Origin: Octopus sinensis
Lineage: Eukaryota
Direction: 5' to 3'
Length of the DNA stretch: 64,000 nt
Assembly: GCF_006345805.1 (NCBI RefSeq)
Contig: NC_042997.1
Span: forward strand, 45,384,001-45,448,000
Positions 13,678-24,915 of the stretch are shown in pieces (within the stretch, counting starts at the first letter, position 1; each line of letters starts with the position of its first letter). The notes beneath the pieces were generated by a model. It searched no databases. It saw only the letters and a list, made by a program, of their open reading frames with translations, and was not told the DNA's origin. The position numbers were made by a program, and so were the translations under genes.

Positions 13678-15431
13678 CATACATACACACACACATACAC
13701 ATCACACACACATGCATGCACACACACACATGCCTGCACAGGTGTGTACGTATGTGTTTTATGCTTCCTTCTATCACTCTTAGTGTGCATTCTTGTACTC
13801 CCACACATAATGAGTGTGTGAGCATATTCATTATATATGAATAATACACTGTTTTCATGTGTGTGTGTGTGTGTGTGTGTATTATGTATAACATAAAACA
13901 CACATCACATCATTGTAAGAGAAATGGCAAGAATAATAATATAAAATTAACAACAATAACAATAACAAAAACAAAAAAAAAGCAGATATGATAATGAAAA
14001 CCCTGCAGTAAAAGATATAGACTCTTTTAGTAGAATGTCATAATAAAACATCCACTACAATTGCCTGCAAAATATAGAAAAAAAATATAAAGAAAAGAGA
14101 AAGAGAAATTAATCTTATCAAATTGCAAGAACTTTTAGTGTAGCAGAATGAGAGTTAAGAGGAACAAAGTCATTAAGTCAATCATGAAAATGAAATGTTG
14201 CCGTAATACCTCTTTATGTGGCTTTAACAAAACCAACAGTCAAATGATGAAGATTAATGCATAACCATAAATTTATTCAGTGTCTCTGTAGATTTCACCA
14301 AGAGGTAACAATAATGTTAGGCTAATATATTATTTGTGTTATTTATTGTTGTTATTGTTATTAGTTGAGGAATTGAAGAGTGGCGAAGATGATTGTGACT
14401 GTAAATAGAGAGAGCAAGATGGAAAAGCTAGATTCAGAAATTTACAAAATCTATCTCTTCTTTCATCCCACTATGCAAATTATAGCAAGTTTGATATCAG
14501 TAATATCCAGAGGTGAAAAATCAATTGGTTACTACACTTCGTTTTCTCAAAGGAAAGGGTCCTGGGAATTGCAATCTAGCATTATTTCATAGCAGAGCGA
14601 GTGGAATAAATAAATAAATATAAGAAAAATTCAGTGAAACACTAAAACTAACTTCGCTGATTTATGGTGCCAATATCATCGTCCTGTTGCAAGAGAAATT
14701 ATTTATTTAAGGTCTTTACAACAGTTTTTTCTTTTTAGGAGTCATAAATGACTGAATTCCTTAGAGTACCAGCTTCCTAATTGAAAAAAGTTGATGGTTT
14801 ATTACTGTGCTAGACACATAGCAAAGACATTCAGCTTGTGTTAGCATAGCCTGTGGCCTCAGAGTTCAGAAGTCTCTGAAGTTATATAAGTTGTGCAAAT
14901 AATGGTTCATTTCAGTGATGATGAGGTTAATATAGAAGTCACCCCCTTATGTAATGTAAGGATAGTCAAGACAGTTTAGACATTTAATTTGAAACTGATT
15001 CTTGAGCCATAAATGGATATGAACTCAGGACTTCAAGGGCACATAACAGTGCTCTGCTTGCTATGGTGATGAACAGTTCCTACATATATATATATATATA
15101 TATACTTAAGTGGAGTCAATCACCAAAAATGAAAGGAGCTGACTACTGAGAGTGCTCACCAAAGACTTCTGCCAGGAGGTCTACTACACAGTATGATTCA
15201 GTTAGCTAGATGTAATACTGCAGCCAGTCTATCTTGCAGTGAAATACATACAAGAAGGAGTACTGCAGATAATAGGGAGAGCATGGTATAGATGTATAGA
15301 AGCCAAGTGTTTTCCTTGTTAGTTTCATTAACTTAGAGCATTGTGCTGAAATCTACTTCTCATGACAAAGTCTGTGAACAGAACTGGCTGAATGTCAAAA
15401 GGGAGACTTCTTTCTTTATCGACCACTTAAT

Positions 15432-15555
<124 letters not shown>

Positions 15556-16264
15556 AACTACAATAAAATTCTGTACTCTACAAATCTTTAAGTGCCAAAA
15601 GTAATAAGAAACTAAAAAAAATTTAAAAAATAAAAAAAAAACCAGCACACTTTTATTACCTGAAATTAAATGTCTTTCATTTATCCTTTATTTATTCGCT
15701 TATTTAAAACATCAAAAATTAGTGGAACCGTTAAGAAGAGGACAAAGAAGAATAACAGTTTTTATTAACCTTCGAAAAAAAATAGTATGTTTATAAAGTA
15801 GAGATAATTTTCACTCCTATTTCTATGCAAAGAATGTAAATGTGCTTATAAAATTTTCATTTCTGAAAGAAATTATATTTCGATTCTTAGCATGATCTTA
15901 GAAGAACACCTCAAGTTTTGAAAAAAACTTGAGGTGTTCTACTAATACACTGTAGTTTTTTGCCTTTTTTTTTTTTTTTGTAAGATCACAAATTCAAAAG
16001 CTACTCATGGCTAATACAACAACTACGATAGGGACTGAACTCACATTCTCCTGGCCAAGATAACTAAAACTCTAACAATTACACAGCAGAGTAGATGGGA
16101 AAAGTGAAAAAACAGTTTTATTCATATGGCTTTAATTAGTGAAATGGACAATAATAAAGTCTTTAATAACTTATGGATTCTGTATGTGATAGGGATAGTG
16201 GTGGTGGTGGTGGTAGTGATAAAAATGATATAGAAAAGAAAGACAAAAAAAATTCAGCTGAATC

Positions 16265-16332
<68 letters not shown>

Positions 16333-16625
16333 ATATATTAGAGACAAGTAGAAACGGCTCCAGTGTGGTGACATTGGCTCATTTTGAATGGCAATTGAAG
16401 AACAGTAGATGTGATTATGATATGATGGAAGTTTTTGAAACTGGGTACAGACAGGACATACAGAGAGGCCATGTTTTCTCAATCAAAATAAACACTGATT
16501 TCATTCTTTCTTCAGGTCAGAGTTGTCATGGTAACAGATGGAGAATGTTTACTTTTATTGAATGGAAAAGAAGACAAAGACAATGAGAGTTATGTTTGAA
16601 ATACATAAATACTGTTTTTGTTTTT

Positions 16626-16673
<48 letters not shown>

Positions 16674-17999
16674 TGAGTGAGTGAATGAATGAGTGAAAAG
16701 GAGAAAGATACAGATAGAAGACAGAGAAGGGTGGCAAGAGGTAAAAAGTATGGATGGCCCTATTTCACTTGGAAACCATAGTAACACTCTAATTTTCAGT
16801 CAAACACCACAAGACAAATTTTACTACCTCACTCAATCCCACCACACTCCTTCTGGGAAGCTAGGTGTTTTTTTTTGGAAAGGGGAGACAAATAGTCATG
16901 TGACTTACGAACAATATATGACAAGTACTGTTGATGTTGAGGAAGTAGGAAAGGCATGAATGAAATTAATTCCCAATTCTTCCCTCTGTCCCCAAAATCC
17001 CAGGTAACACATCTTTAAATTAAAGAGAAACATTTATAGGCATTTGAAAAAAAAGATACTGAAACTTGTTTTAACTGTTGTTACTTAACACTAGCAAAGC
17101 CTAATTAAGTGAACCAAAATCAGAAGAATTCTGACCATGACTATCTTGACTTATACAGTTTATGTCCAGGACTGCATTATCAAATATGTCCATTCTTAAT
17201 GATAGTAAACTGCTAATTGATGGTGACTTGGTCTTTATTTCCAGTATGTCAAGTAACTATGTTGCCTGTTATTTCAAGAACTTTGACTGACAATGTAGAA
17301 CAATAATGGGTTAACAGCAGTTTATGAGACTTTCTGAATAGCATGCCTAGAGAAAAAAAATGACTTTGAATTTAGTAGTATGCTCCATTTGATGACAAGT
17401 CACATCTGATGTGGCCCACTTCTTGAGAATGGTTGCTCAAGTCTGATAAAGAAGCTCATAATTGACTTGGTTAAGCAGATGTTTTCTGATATGATAAGAG
17501 ATACATATCATTTTGATAGGTTAATGAAATGTTGATTTATTTCTGATAAGTAATACAAAGAGAAAGATCTGCTACAAATTTTCCAACAGTTAGGTGAACT
17601 TAGACCACACAGAATAATTTGTTCTGCTATGCTGTGAATTCAAGATCAATTAAAACAAAGTAACAGTCCAGAGTGGTGAATTAGCAGAACTGCAAAAATG
17701 TCAAACTGGATGCCTTGCAGTATTTGTTATAGCTCTTTGCACTATGAGTTCAAATCCTACCAAGGCTTGCTTGAATGGCATGTTTAATCTGTTACTTGGT
17801 TTAACACTACCACATGGCACAATGGGAACCTTAACTGTTTCAAGCATTCAGGCTAAGTCTCTGAATTAAGGTTAACTTTCATTTCTCCCACTAATCCAGT
17901 AAAGGGTCATAGGCTCAGCCTTTTTTCTGGACTAAAAGCAAATAGAAAAATAAATCCTGATACTATTAAAAATTTAATTCAGAATGGATAAATCAATGA

Positions 18000-18200
18000 G
18001 GCAGCCTCTACATGGTGACTCGTCCTACTAGAAATAGTAGCAAATTATCCCTCAAACCACTCCCATAATCTTAAAAGAAGAACACTGAGTAGTGTGGTTC
18101 TCTCTGGATATAGGAAAAAGACAGGATGGTCAGGATTGGAATGCCTTTGATCATAGGGTCTGCTTGCTTAGGGCTGACCTGGAGCTAAACAACAGCAATG
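18000..18200 (+). mobile_element. Interspersed repeat family C (probable SINE, (AAC)n-type tail), degenerate
   Basis: ggatggtcaggattggaatgcctttgatcatagg...gctgacctggagctaaacaac; related pieces near 10890, 27495, 37700, 46110 and 62520. Confidence 0.6.
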
Positions 18201-19230
18201 ACTCATGGTATTAATTACTCTAGAGTCGCAAGTCTAACCTGATCCCTTCATAACCCCCCCCCCATCCCCACTTGAGAATTAAAAAAATATCTTTTACTAT
18301 ATCTTTTAAATAATCTGTTATTGGAGAGTTCTTAGTGGGTAAGATAGGGTGGAGTAAGAATCACCCTCTTGCCATCCCACCCTTCTAGGGTAATTTACTC
18401 CCCACTCCCTCCCTCATTCAGCATACAAATTATAACGAACGCTAGACTTATGGAGATTACTTAACATAGATTTCATAGCTGATGTTAGTCACTGAAGCAT
18501 AGAATCAAATGTTTAAATTAGTGAGTAATATGTAACCAATATAGGACTTAAGTATCATTTCCATAATTATTATTATAAAGTGATAAGATTGCAGATTTTG
18601 CTAGGAAACTTGATTAAATTCTATGCTGCATGATATTCAGTCTTGTCCAACATTGAAAGCAACCATAGTCAAAAAGCAATACTAGTCATATACTGGGATC
18701 AATAGAATGAACAGTATTCCTCTCCTACGAATTTGGGGTTTTATGACACTTACTGTAAAAAAAACAAAACAAAAAAAAACTTCTGTATTTATTTATGTCC
18801 TTTTTACATCCCAGTTTCAAATCTATGTAGAGATCAAATTTGTCTTTCATTTTTGGAATAGTGGTGATAGAGGGGGACCAATTAAATTGACTACAGTCGA
18901 CTTCCAAAAACTGTGGCCCTATGCATAAATTAAAAAACCATTATTATTCCAGAATCATCACAGACTCAGAAAAAATACAGTGCAATATTTGTTCCAGCTC
19001 TTAATATTCTCCGTTCAAATCCTGAGGTCAACTTTGTCCTTTACTCCACCTGGGTTACAAAAATTACCAGGTGAGTACTGTGGCCCATAGAATCGACAAA
19101 CACTTTCCCTTCAAAAATAGTTGGTCTGTCCCTAAAACAGATTCTAATATTAACTTCTTTTATTATTAATCTTGCTGAGGCCAAATTTGCCTCTCATTTC
19201 ACTGGAGCTGATAAAATAAGGTCTCAGTCA

Positions 19231-19263
<33 letters not shown>

Positions 19264-19520
19264 ATTTGGCTCAAAAGCAAATAGCAAGGCCATGTAGGGG
19301 GACATGGAGTTAAGTACAGGGTGGTGTTCATGTAAAGAGTTCAGGCCACTTGAGGTCCAGGGAGGCTTTGAACAAAGCGGTCGTCGGCATCTTCACCATC
19401 TCGTCTGGCAGCTTGTTCCACGGATCCGTAACCCGGACGGAGAAAGCTCCTCTCCTTCGATTGAGATGTACTAAGGTTGATGTACTCAACTTGCTCCCTG
19501 TTGCTAAAATTACTGGCTGT
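19231..19520 (-). mobile_element. CR1-clade LINE, 5'-truncated 3' end with (TAAC)n tail
   Basis: Minus ORF reads HLNRRRGAFSVRVTDPWNKLPDEMVKMPTTALFKASLDLKWPELF, matching the CR1 ORF2 C-terminal pattern (RR.FFS.RV...WN.LP..VV.A.....FK..LD). A short UTR and a tandem tail at 19231-19264 follow. Confidence 0.85.
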
Positions 19521-19876
19521 ATTATTATTATTATTATTATTACTATTATTATTGTTGTTGTTGTTGTTCTCCAACACATAGATCCTTTAAAGTTGGAAGT
19601 TGGGTTGTATGTAATTATGTCTCAGCTCCTACCTGCAAATCAAAGGCACAAAACCTTCCTCAGTACAAGAGCATTCCAAGCACCACAGCCATTTGTGCAC
19701 TCCCTAATATATCTGGTATGCCTAAGCTCTCAGGTATTGCATCCAGATTCTTTGAAATTGTCCTCAGTGCACTAATAACAAAAGGAACAAATTTGACCGT
19801 TGCTTGATGTATTTTTTGCACCTGACTTGCCCAAACCCTGACATTTGCCTACATTCATTCTGTTATTCATTAGCAC

Positions 19877-20225
19877 CATCATCAATTAACATCTGTTTTC
19901 CATGCTGGCATGGGTTGGACAGTTTGACTGAAAAGTGGTAAGCTGGGGACCTACACCAGGTTTCAGTCTGATTTGGCATGGTCTCTACAGCTGGATGCCC
20001 TTCCTAATGCCAACCACTCCAAGAGAGTAGTGGGTGCTTTTTACGTGCCACTGGCATGGGTGCCAGTTACTAAGCATCGACATCAGCCATGGCTATGATC
20101 CCACTTGGCTTGACAGGTCTTCCCTAGCACGGTATATTACCAAAGGTCTCAGTCACTTGTCACTGGCTCCGGGAGGTCTAATGTTCAAAAGGTACTTTTT
20201 ACACGGCACCAGTATGGGTGCTAGG
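19877..20225 (-). mobile_element. RTE-clade LINE 3' end including decayed ORF C-terminus
   Basis: (CAT)n tail and UTR block; 20100-20185 on minus reads about TLDLPEPVTSD*DLW*YTVLGKTCQAK, an RTE-like ORF end. Confidence 0.65.
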
Positions 20226-20239
20226 TACGTTATCATTAA

Positions 20240-20890
20240 AAAATGAACTGGCAGAATTGCTAGTATGCCCATCAAAATGCTACTGGCATTTCTTCCAGCA
20301 TTATGTTCTGAGTTCAAATTCTGCTGAGGTCAACTTTGCTTGTCATCCTTTCGGGGTCAATGAAAAAAGTACCAGTCAAGCACTGGGGTCAATGTAATTG
20401 GCTATCCCCACTTCCATAAAATTTCAGGCCTGGTATCTATAGTAGAATGATGATGATTATCATTATCATTATTAGGGTGATGGATTGCCAGAACTGTTAG
20501 AGTTTGTGGTATTTGCCTCAGCTCTTTACATTCTGAGTTCAAATCTCATTGTGGCCAACTACACCTTTCATTCATTGAAGGTTGTTAAACTAAAACATGA
20601 GTCAAGTACTGGAGTCAATCTAATCAATTAAACACCTCTTCATAAAATTTCAGGCCTTGTGCCTAGGTTAGAAAAATAATTATCATTATAAAAATGGTGA
20701 GTCGGCCAAATGATTAGTGCATTGGAAAAATGTTTCATGGTATTTGTTCCAATTCTTTGATTCTGAATTCAAAACCCACTGAAGTCAATCACTTTGCCTT
20801 TCATCTTTTCATGATTAATAACAAAGTAGCAGATGTAATTGACTAACCCCCACTCAAAATTGTTGGCTTTGTACTGAATTAGAGACACCA
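20240..20890 (+). mobile_element. Three adjacent degenerate SINE family A copies
   Basis: Three successive ctgagttcaaat...tttgcctttcatc...aagtac blocks separated by (ATT/ATC)n tails. Confidence 0.7.
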
Positions 20891-20957
20891 ACACAATTAC
20901 ATGTTCAATAAATACTGTCATTATGTTGCCCAACCAATGTCAGCATGGAAAACTCTG

Positions 20958-21374
20958 CAGGCATGACTGTGTGGTTATGAAACTTGCTTCCCAGCCATGA
21001 GGTCTGGGTTCAGTTCCACAGCAAGGAACCTTGGGTGAATGACTTCAACTGTAGTCCCAGGTTGACTAAAGCCTCAAGAGTGGATTTGGTGAATGGAAAC
21101 TAACTGAAGCCTGTCATATGTGCATATATGTGTACGTGTGTGCATGGATGTAGTCTTCTCTAGATATGACATAAATGTTGTAAATGAGTATCATCGATAT
21201 ACAAGTGAGGTTCTTTGTTTCTAGTCTTCCGTTTGACCCTGGGGAAATAATCCCTTGCCTGGAAAGATATGGGGGTTGGTGACAGGAAGGGCATCCAACC
21301 ATAGAAAATCTGCCTCAACAAATTCCCTCTGACCCATGCAAGCATAAAAAATTCGATGTTAAATGATGATGATG
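20958..21374 (+). mobile_element. SINE with family-B head and RTE-like (GAT)n tail
   Basis: Head matches 27068 ff; 3' part ggttggtgacaggaagggcatccaacc...catgcaagcat...gttaaatgatgatgatg matches the RTE 3' ends. Confidence 0.7.
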
Positions 21375-22212
21375 AAAGACTCAATAAAATTCAGGTATTT
21401 GCTCATTTCAGTACTTGCTACTTAGGTGTTTAATACAAAACAGCTAATAGTAATATTTCAGGGTTAATGAACTTAACCATATCCATGTCTTATCAGCATA
21501 GCCACAACCTTAAGGCTGATACATATAAGAGAATAAATTTAATTAACCTTCATATTAAGAGGTAAAGATGCTAGACCTGTTTCAATTCTGAACATGCCCC
21601 AGTATGGCCACAGCTCATGAGTTGAAATTGGTTCAATTCAATCTCTTCAATAAATCTGATGCCTAATAATTATCATCATCAGCATCCTTCTTACGTTTTT
21701 ATACACAGTAAATAACTTGGTGGTATATATAATATACACACACACATTGTTGTGTATACATATGTTATAGTTCTCTCCCCAACTAAAAGGAAAAGGAAAC
21801 TCAAGGCTATGCACAAATGTATTTGTTCTGGTTGAACATAAACATAAAACAGGAAGATGGATGAGAGGAGGATGAATAAATCTGGTTGGACTATTTCATA
21901 TCAAGAATGAAATTATATTATTTCTGGCTTCCTTTAATGACAGATGAAGTAGATATTAGGGAGAAGAGAGCTTATTCCATAGACCAGCCACAGTTTCTAT
22001 GAATATTTGTTTAGAAAATATAATTATGTAAATATTTCCTTTCATGCTCAGTTCCATACACACATGCTATCAATCTGCAAAATCTCCCTGAGAGAAAGAT
22101 AAAGATATTGATACAAATACATACACACACGTCTCTATGTGTGTGAGTGTGTATGTATGTATGTATGTATGTATGTATATGTGTATATTTATACATATAC
22201 ATACATACATAC

Positions 22213-22263
<51 letters not shown>

Positions 22264-22264
<1 letters not shown>

Positions 22265-22905
22265 CAGGTTGGTGCAAACGTAATGTCCGATTTAAAGATC
22301 TAAGGTAAAAATGAATAAGCCAATGACTATGGAAATATTTATTCATTAACATACTCTCCATTGCTTTCAATGACCTCATTCCATCTTCCAACAACCTTAT
22401 AAATGCCTCGCTTGTAAAATTCTATAGGTTTAGAACCAAAATATTAATCCAACCCATTTTCAATCTCTTCTCTTGTTAACCTAAGTCCATCAAAATGGTT
22501 TTGTAGTCCTTGGAACAAATGGTAATCAGAAGGAGCAAGGTCAGGAGAATATGGAAGATGGGGCAGTATTTCCCAACCAAGTTCTTCCAAGAGAGTTTTG
22601 GTCAGTCGAGCTGTGTAAGGATAAGCATTATAGTGATGGAAGATGATACCCTTTCTGTTACCCAAGGGTGCTCACTTTTTGGTTCAGAACTGTTTTCAAA
22701 TGAAGTTTCTCACAGTTAAGATTAGCATTAATTGTTTTGTTGTTGCCCAACATTTCATAATGGATTACCCCTTTAATATCCCACCATACACTCAATATGA
22801 TCTTCTTTGGTTGAAGTACTGCTCTCGGTTGTTGAACTGGCTATCCTCCTCGACTGATCCAAGAACGGTGCCGTTTAACATTATGGTAAGGAATCTACTT
22901 CTCAT
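22264..22905 (-). mobile_element. Mariner DD34D transposase fragment with one TIR, inactive
   Basis: Minus translation gives TGDEK*IPYHNVKRHRSW, LQPKKIILSVWWDIKGVIHYEML and FHHYNAYPYTA...LGWEILPHLPYSPDLAPSDYHLF. The W after TGDEK is a stop, the second catalytic Asp is Tyr (HHDNA to HHYNA), and there are frameshifts. TIR tcaggttggtgcaaacgtaatgtccgattt follows TA and resembles HsMar1-type ends as I recall them. Confidence 0.92.
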
Positions 22906-22997
22906 CACCTGTAAGGGATGGCCTCCCTTTGCAAATACTTCAAGGGCACTGAAATGGTGTCTAAAGCCAGCTGGAGACGACGATCTCCTGGGGCTAT

Positions 22998-23105
22998 AGA
23001 GCTACAGTAACACCCCCTCCCCTTTGTGGTTAGCCATATTAAGATAGCTTCTATACTTTACATTATCGAGAGATTACTGTTTACATCTCATTCTGAGATT
23101 TAATA
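22998..23105. mobile_element. Internal fragments of the Helitron family at 36328-36723, in two orientations
   Basis: gctacagtaacaccccctcccctttgtggttagccatattaagatagc matches the reverse complement of about 36385-36450; ttctgagatttaataat matches 36460-36476 directly. Confidence 0.75.
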
Positions 23106-23108
23106 ATG

Positions 23109-23140
<32 letters not shown>

Positions 23141-23142
<2 letters not shown>

Positions 23143-23435
23143 GGCTGCCCCCTCGTTATCGAGTATGGCCATTGCACGAAGCTTAACTGTCACTGGTGTT
23201 GTGATCAAATGTGACTTTTTAGCCCAGTTAAAGATCTACAATGTCTTCTACAGAATTGGCAACTAAAACCTTTACTGGTAATAGCCGGCTGTAGTTGTAA
23301 CTGGGCTTCATGTACCTTTGCATGTCGTTTAAGTCCTCCTGCTGAATTACACTCTCTTCCACATGCCCAACAGATATGATTAGTATGGTGCGTTACACCA
23401 CCACCAGTGGCCAGGTTGTCACTCATCTGTCTCGC
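23141..23435 (-). mobile_element. LINE 3' end (RTE-like) encoding two C2H2 fingers, (TA)n tail
   Basis: CWACGRECNSAGGLKRHAKVH and CQFCRRHCRSLTGLKSHI*SQH. The TGA is plausibly a CGA CpG decay. It ends atggccatactcgataacgagggggcagccat before (TA)n. Confidence 0.65.
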
Positions 23436-23462
23436 TTTATGACTATGAAGATGACTCTTGAG

Positions 23463-23503
<41 letters not shown>

Positions 23504-23749
23504 TGTATAAATATATATATATATATATACACACATATATGTATAAATATATATATATATATATATATATTTATACATATATGTGTGTATATATATATAT
23601 ATATTTATACATATATGTGTATATATATATATTATATATATATATGACTCAAGAGTCATATATATATATATATATATATAATATATATATATACATACAT
23701 ACATACATATACATACATATGCACACATTCATACACATATATATATACA

Positions 23750-23799
<50 letters not shown>

Positions 23800-24399
23800 C
23801 ACACATTCATATATATATATATATACATACACACATATACACACACACACAAACACACATATATTCACACACATATAGACACACATATAGACACACATAT
23901 ACACATATATTCGCACACACATATTCACATACACACACACACACACACACAGAAAGGAAGATGGGAAGAAAAACAGGAAGGATGAAAGGTGGTCAGGGGG
24001 ACAATCCAGGAGACAGACATGCAGGCTGATGGATAGATATGAAGGGAATAATGGAAATGACAAAAAGATATAGATCTGATAACATACTGTGATGGAGTTA
24101 TGTGACTGTGTTTTTGACATTAGCTATTACTTGAAAGAGAATAGCATAGTTTAAAGGCATGGTGGCTAAGAACATTGAAATTATATGTCAAAAATAATTG
24201 TTTATGAGTTTAATCCATACCCAAGGGCTGAGCAAAAGTTTGTGTATGAAAATATGGCTTCTGAAGCTGATCAAAGAGTATACAGCTCAAAACACAGTGT
24301 GATGAGAATCACAAAAGTGAATTTAATAGTTTGGAAAACCCAAACTATTAGGAAGGAAGAACAAAATTTTGCTGCTGCAGCGGACTGGTAAAATCTTGA

Positions 24400-24915
24400 A
24401 GAGTGTTATGGCAAAATCATTAAGCACATTGGACAGAATGCCTTGCAGCATTGAGTTCAAATCCTACTGAGATGAACTTTGCCTTTCATTTTTTTGGGGC
24501 CAATTGAACAAAGTACCAGACAAGTACTGGTTAGGAGAGACAATGCAAAGCAGCTCTTCCCACATGCAAAATATCTGGCCGAGTGGTAAACAAAAGACAT
24601 CATCATAATTGTTGAAATCAATTAAAGCAGTGAGCTGGCAGATGTGTTAGCATGCCGAGCAAAATACTTAGTGGCATTCTGCCCATCTTTACATCCTGAG
24701 TTCAAATCCCGCCAAAGTTGACATTGCCTTTCATCCTTTCGGGGTCGATAAAATAAGAACCAATTGAGTACTGGGGTAGATATAATAGACTTCCCCCTTC
24801 CCTCAAAATTGCTGGCCTTGTACCAAAATTTGAAATCAATAATTATAGAGATCAACTTTGACTTTCATCCTTCTGGAGTTGATATAATACCAGTTATGCA
24901 CTGGGGTTGATACAA
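24400..24915 (+). mobile_element. Cluster of SINE family A copies (one near complete at about 24627-24840)
   Basis: gcagtgagctggcag...ctgagttcaaatcccgccaaagttgacattgcctttcatcctttcggggtcgataaaataag, plus two partial copies. Confidence 0.75.

Noticed and set aside
16173-16586. 137-aa ORF with poly-RE (also 15343-15591)
   Set aside because: Kept open by (AG)n and (GGT)n tracts; no recognisable domain.
19231-19264. (TTAG)n as a telomere-like repeat
   Set aside because: Not TTAGGG; it is the tail of the adjacent CR1 3' end.
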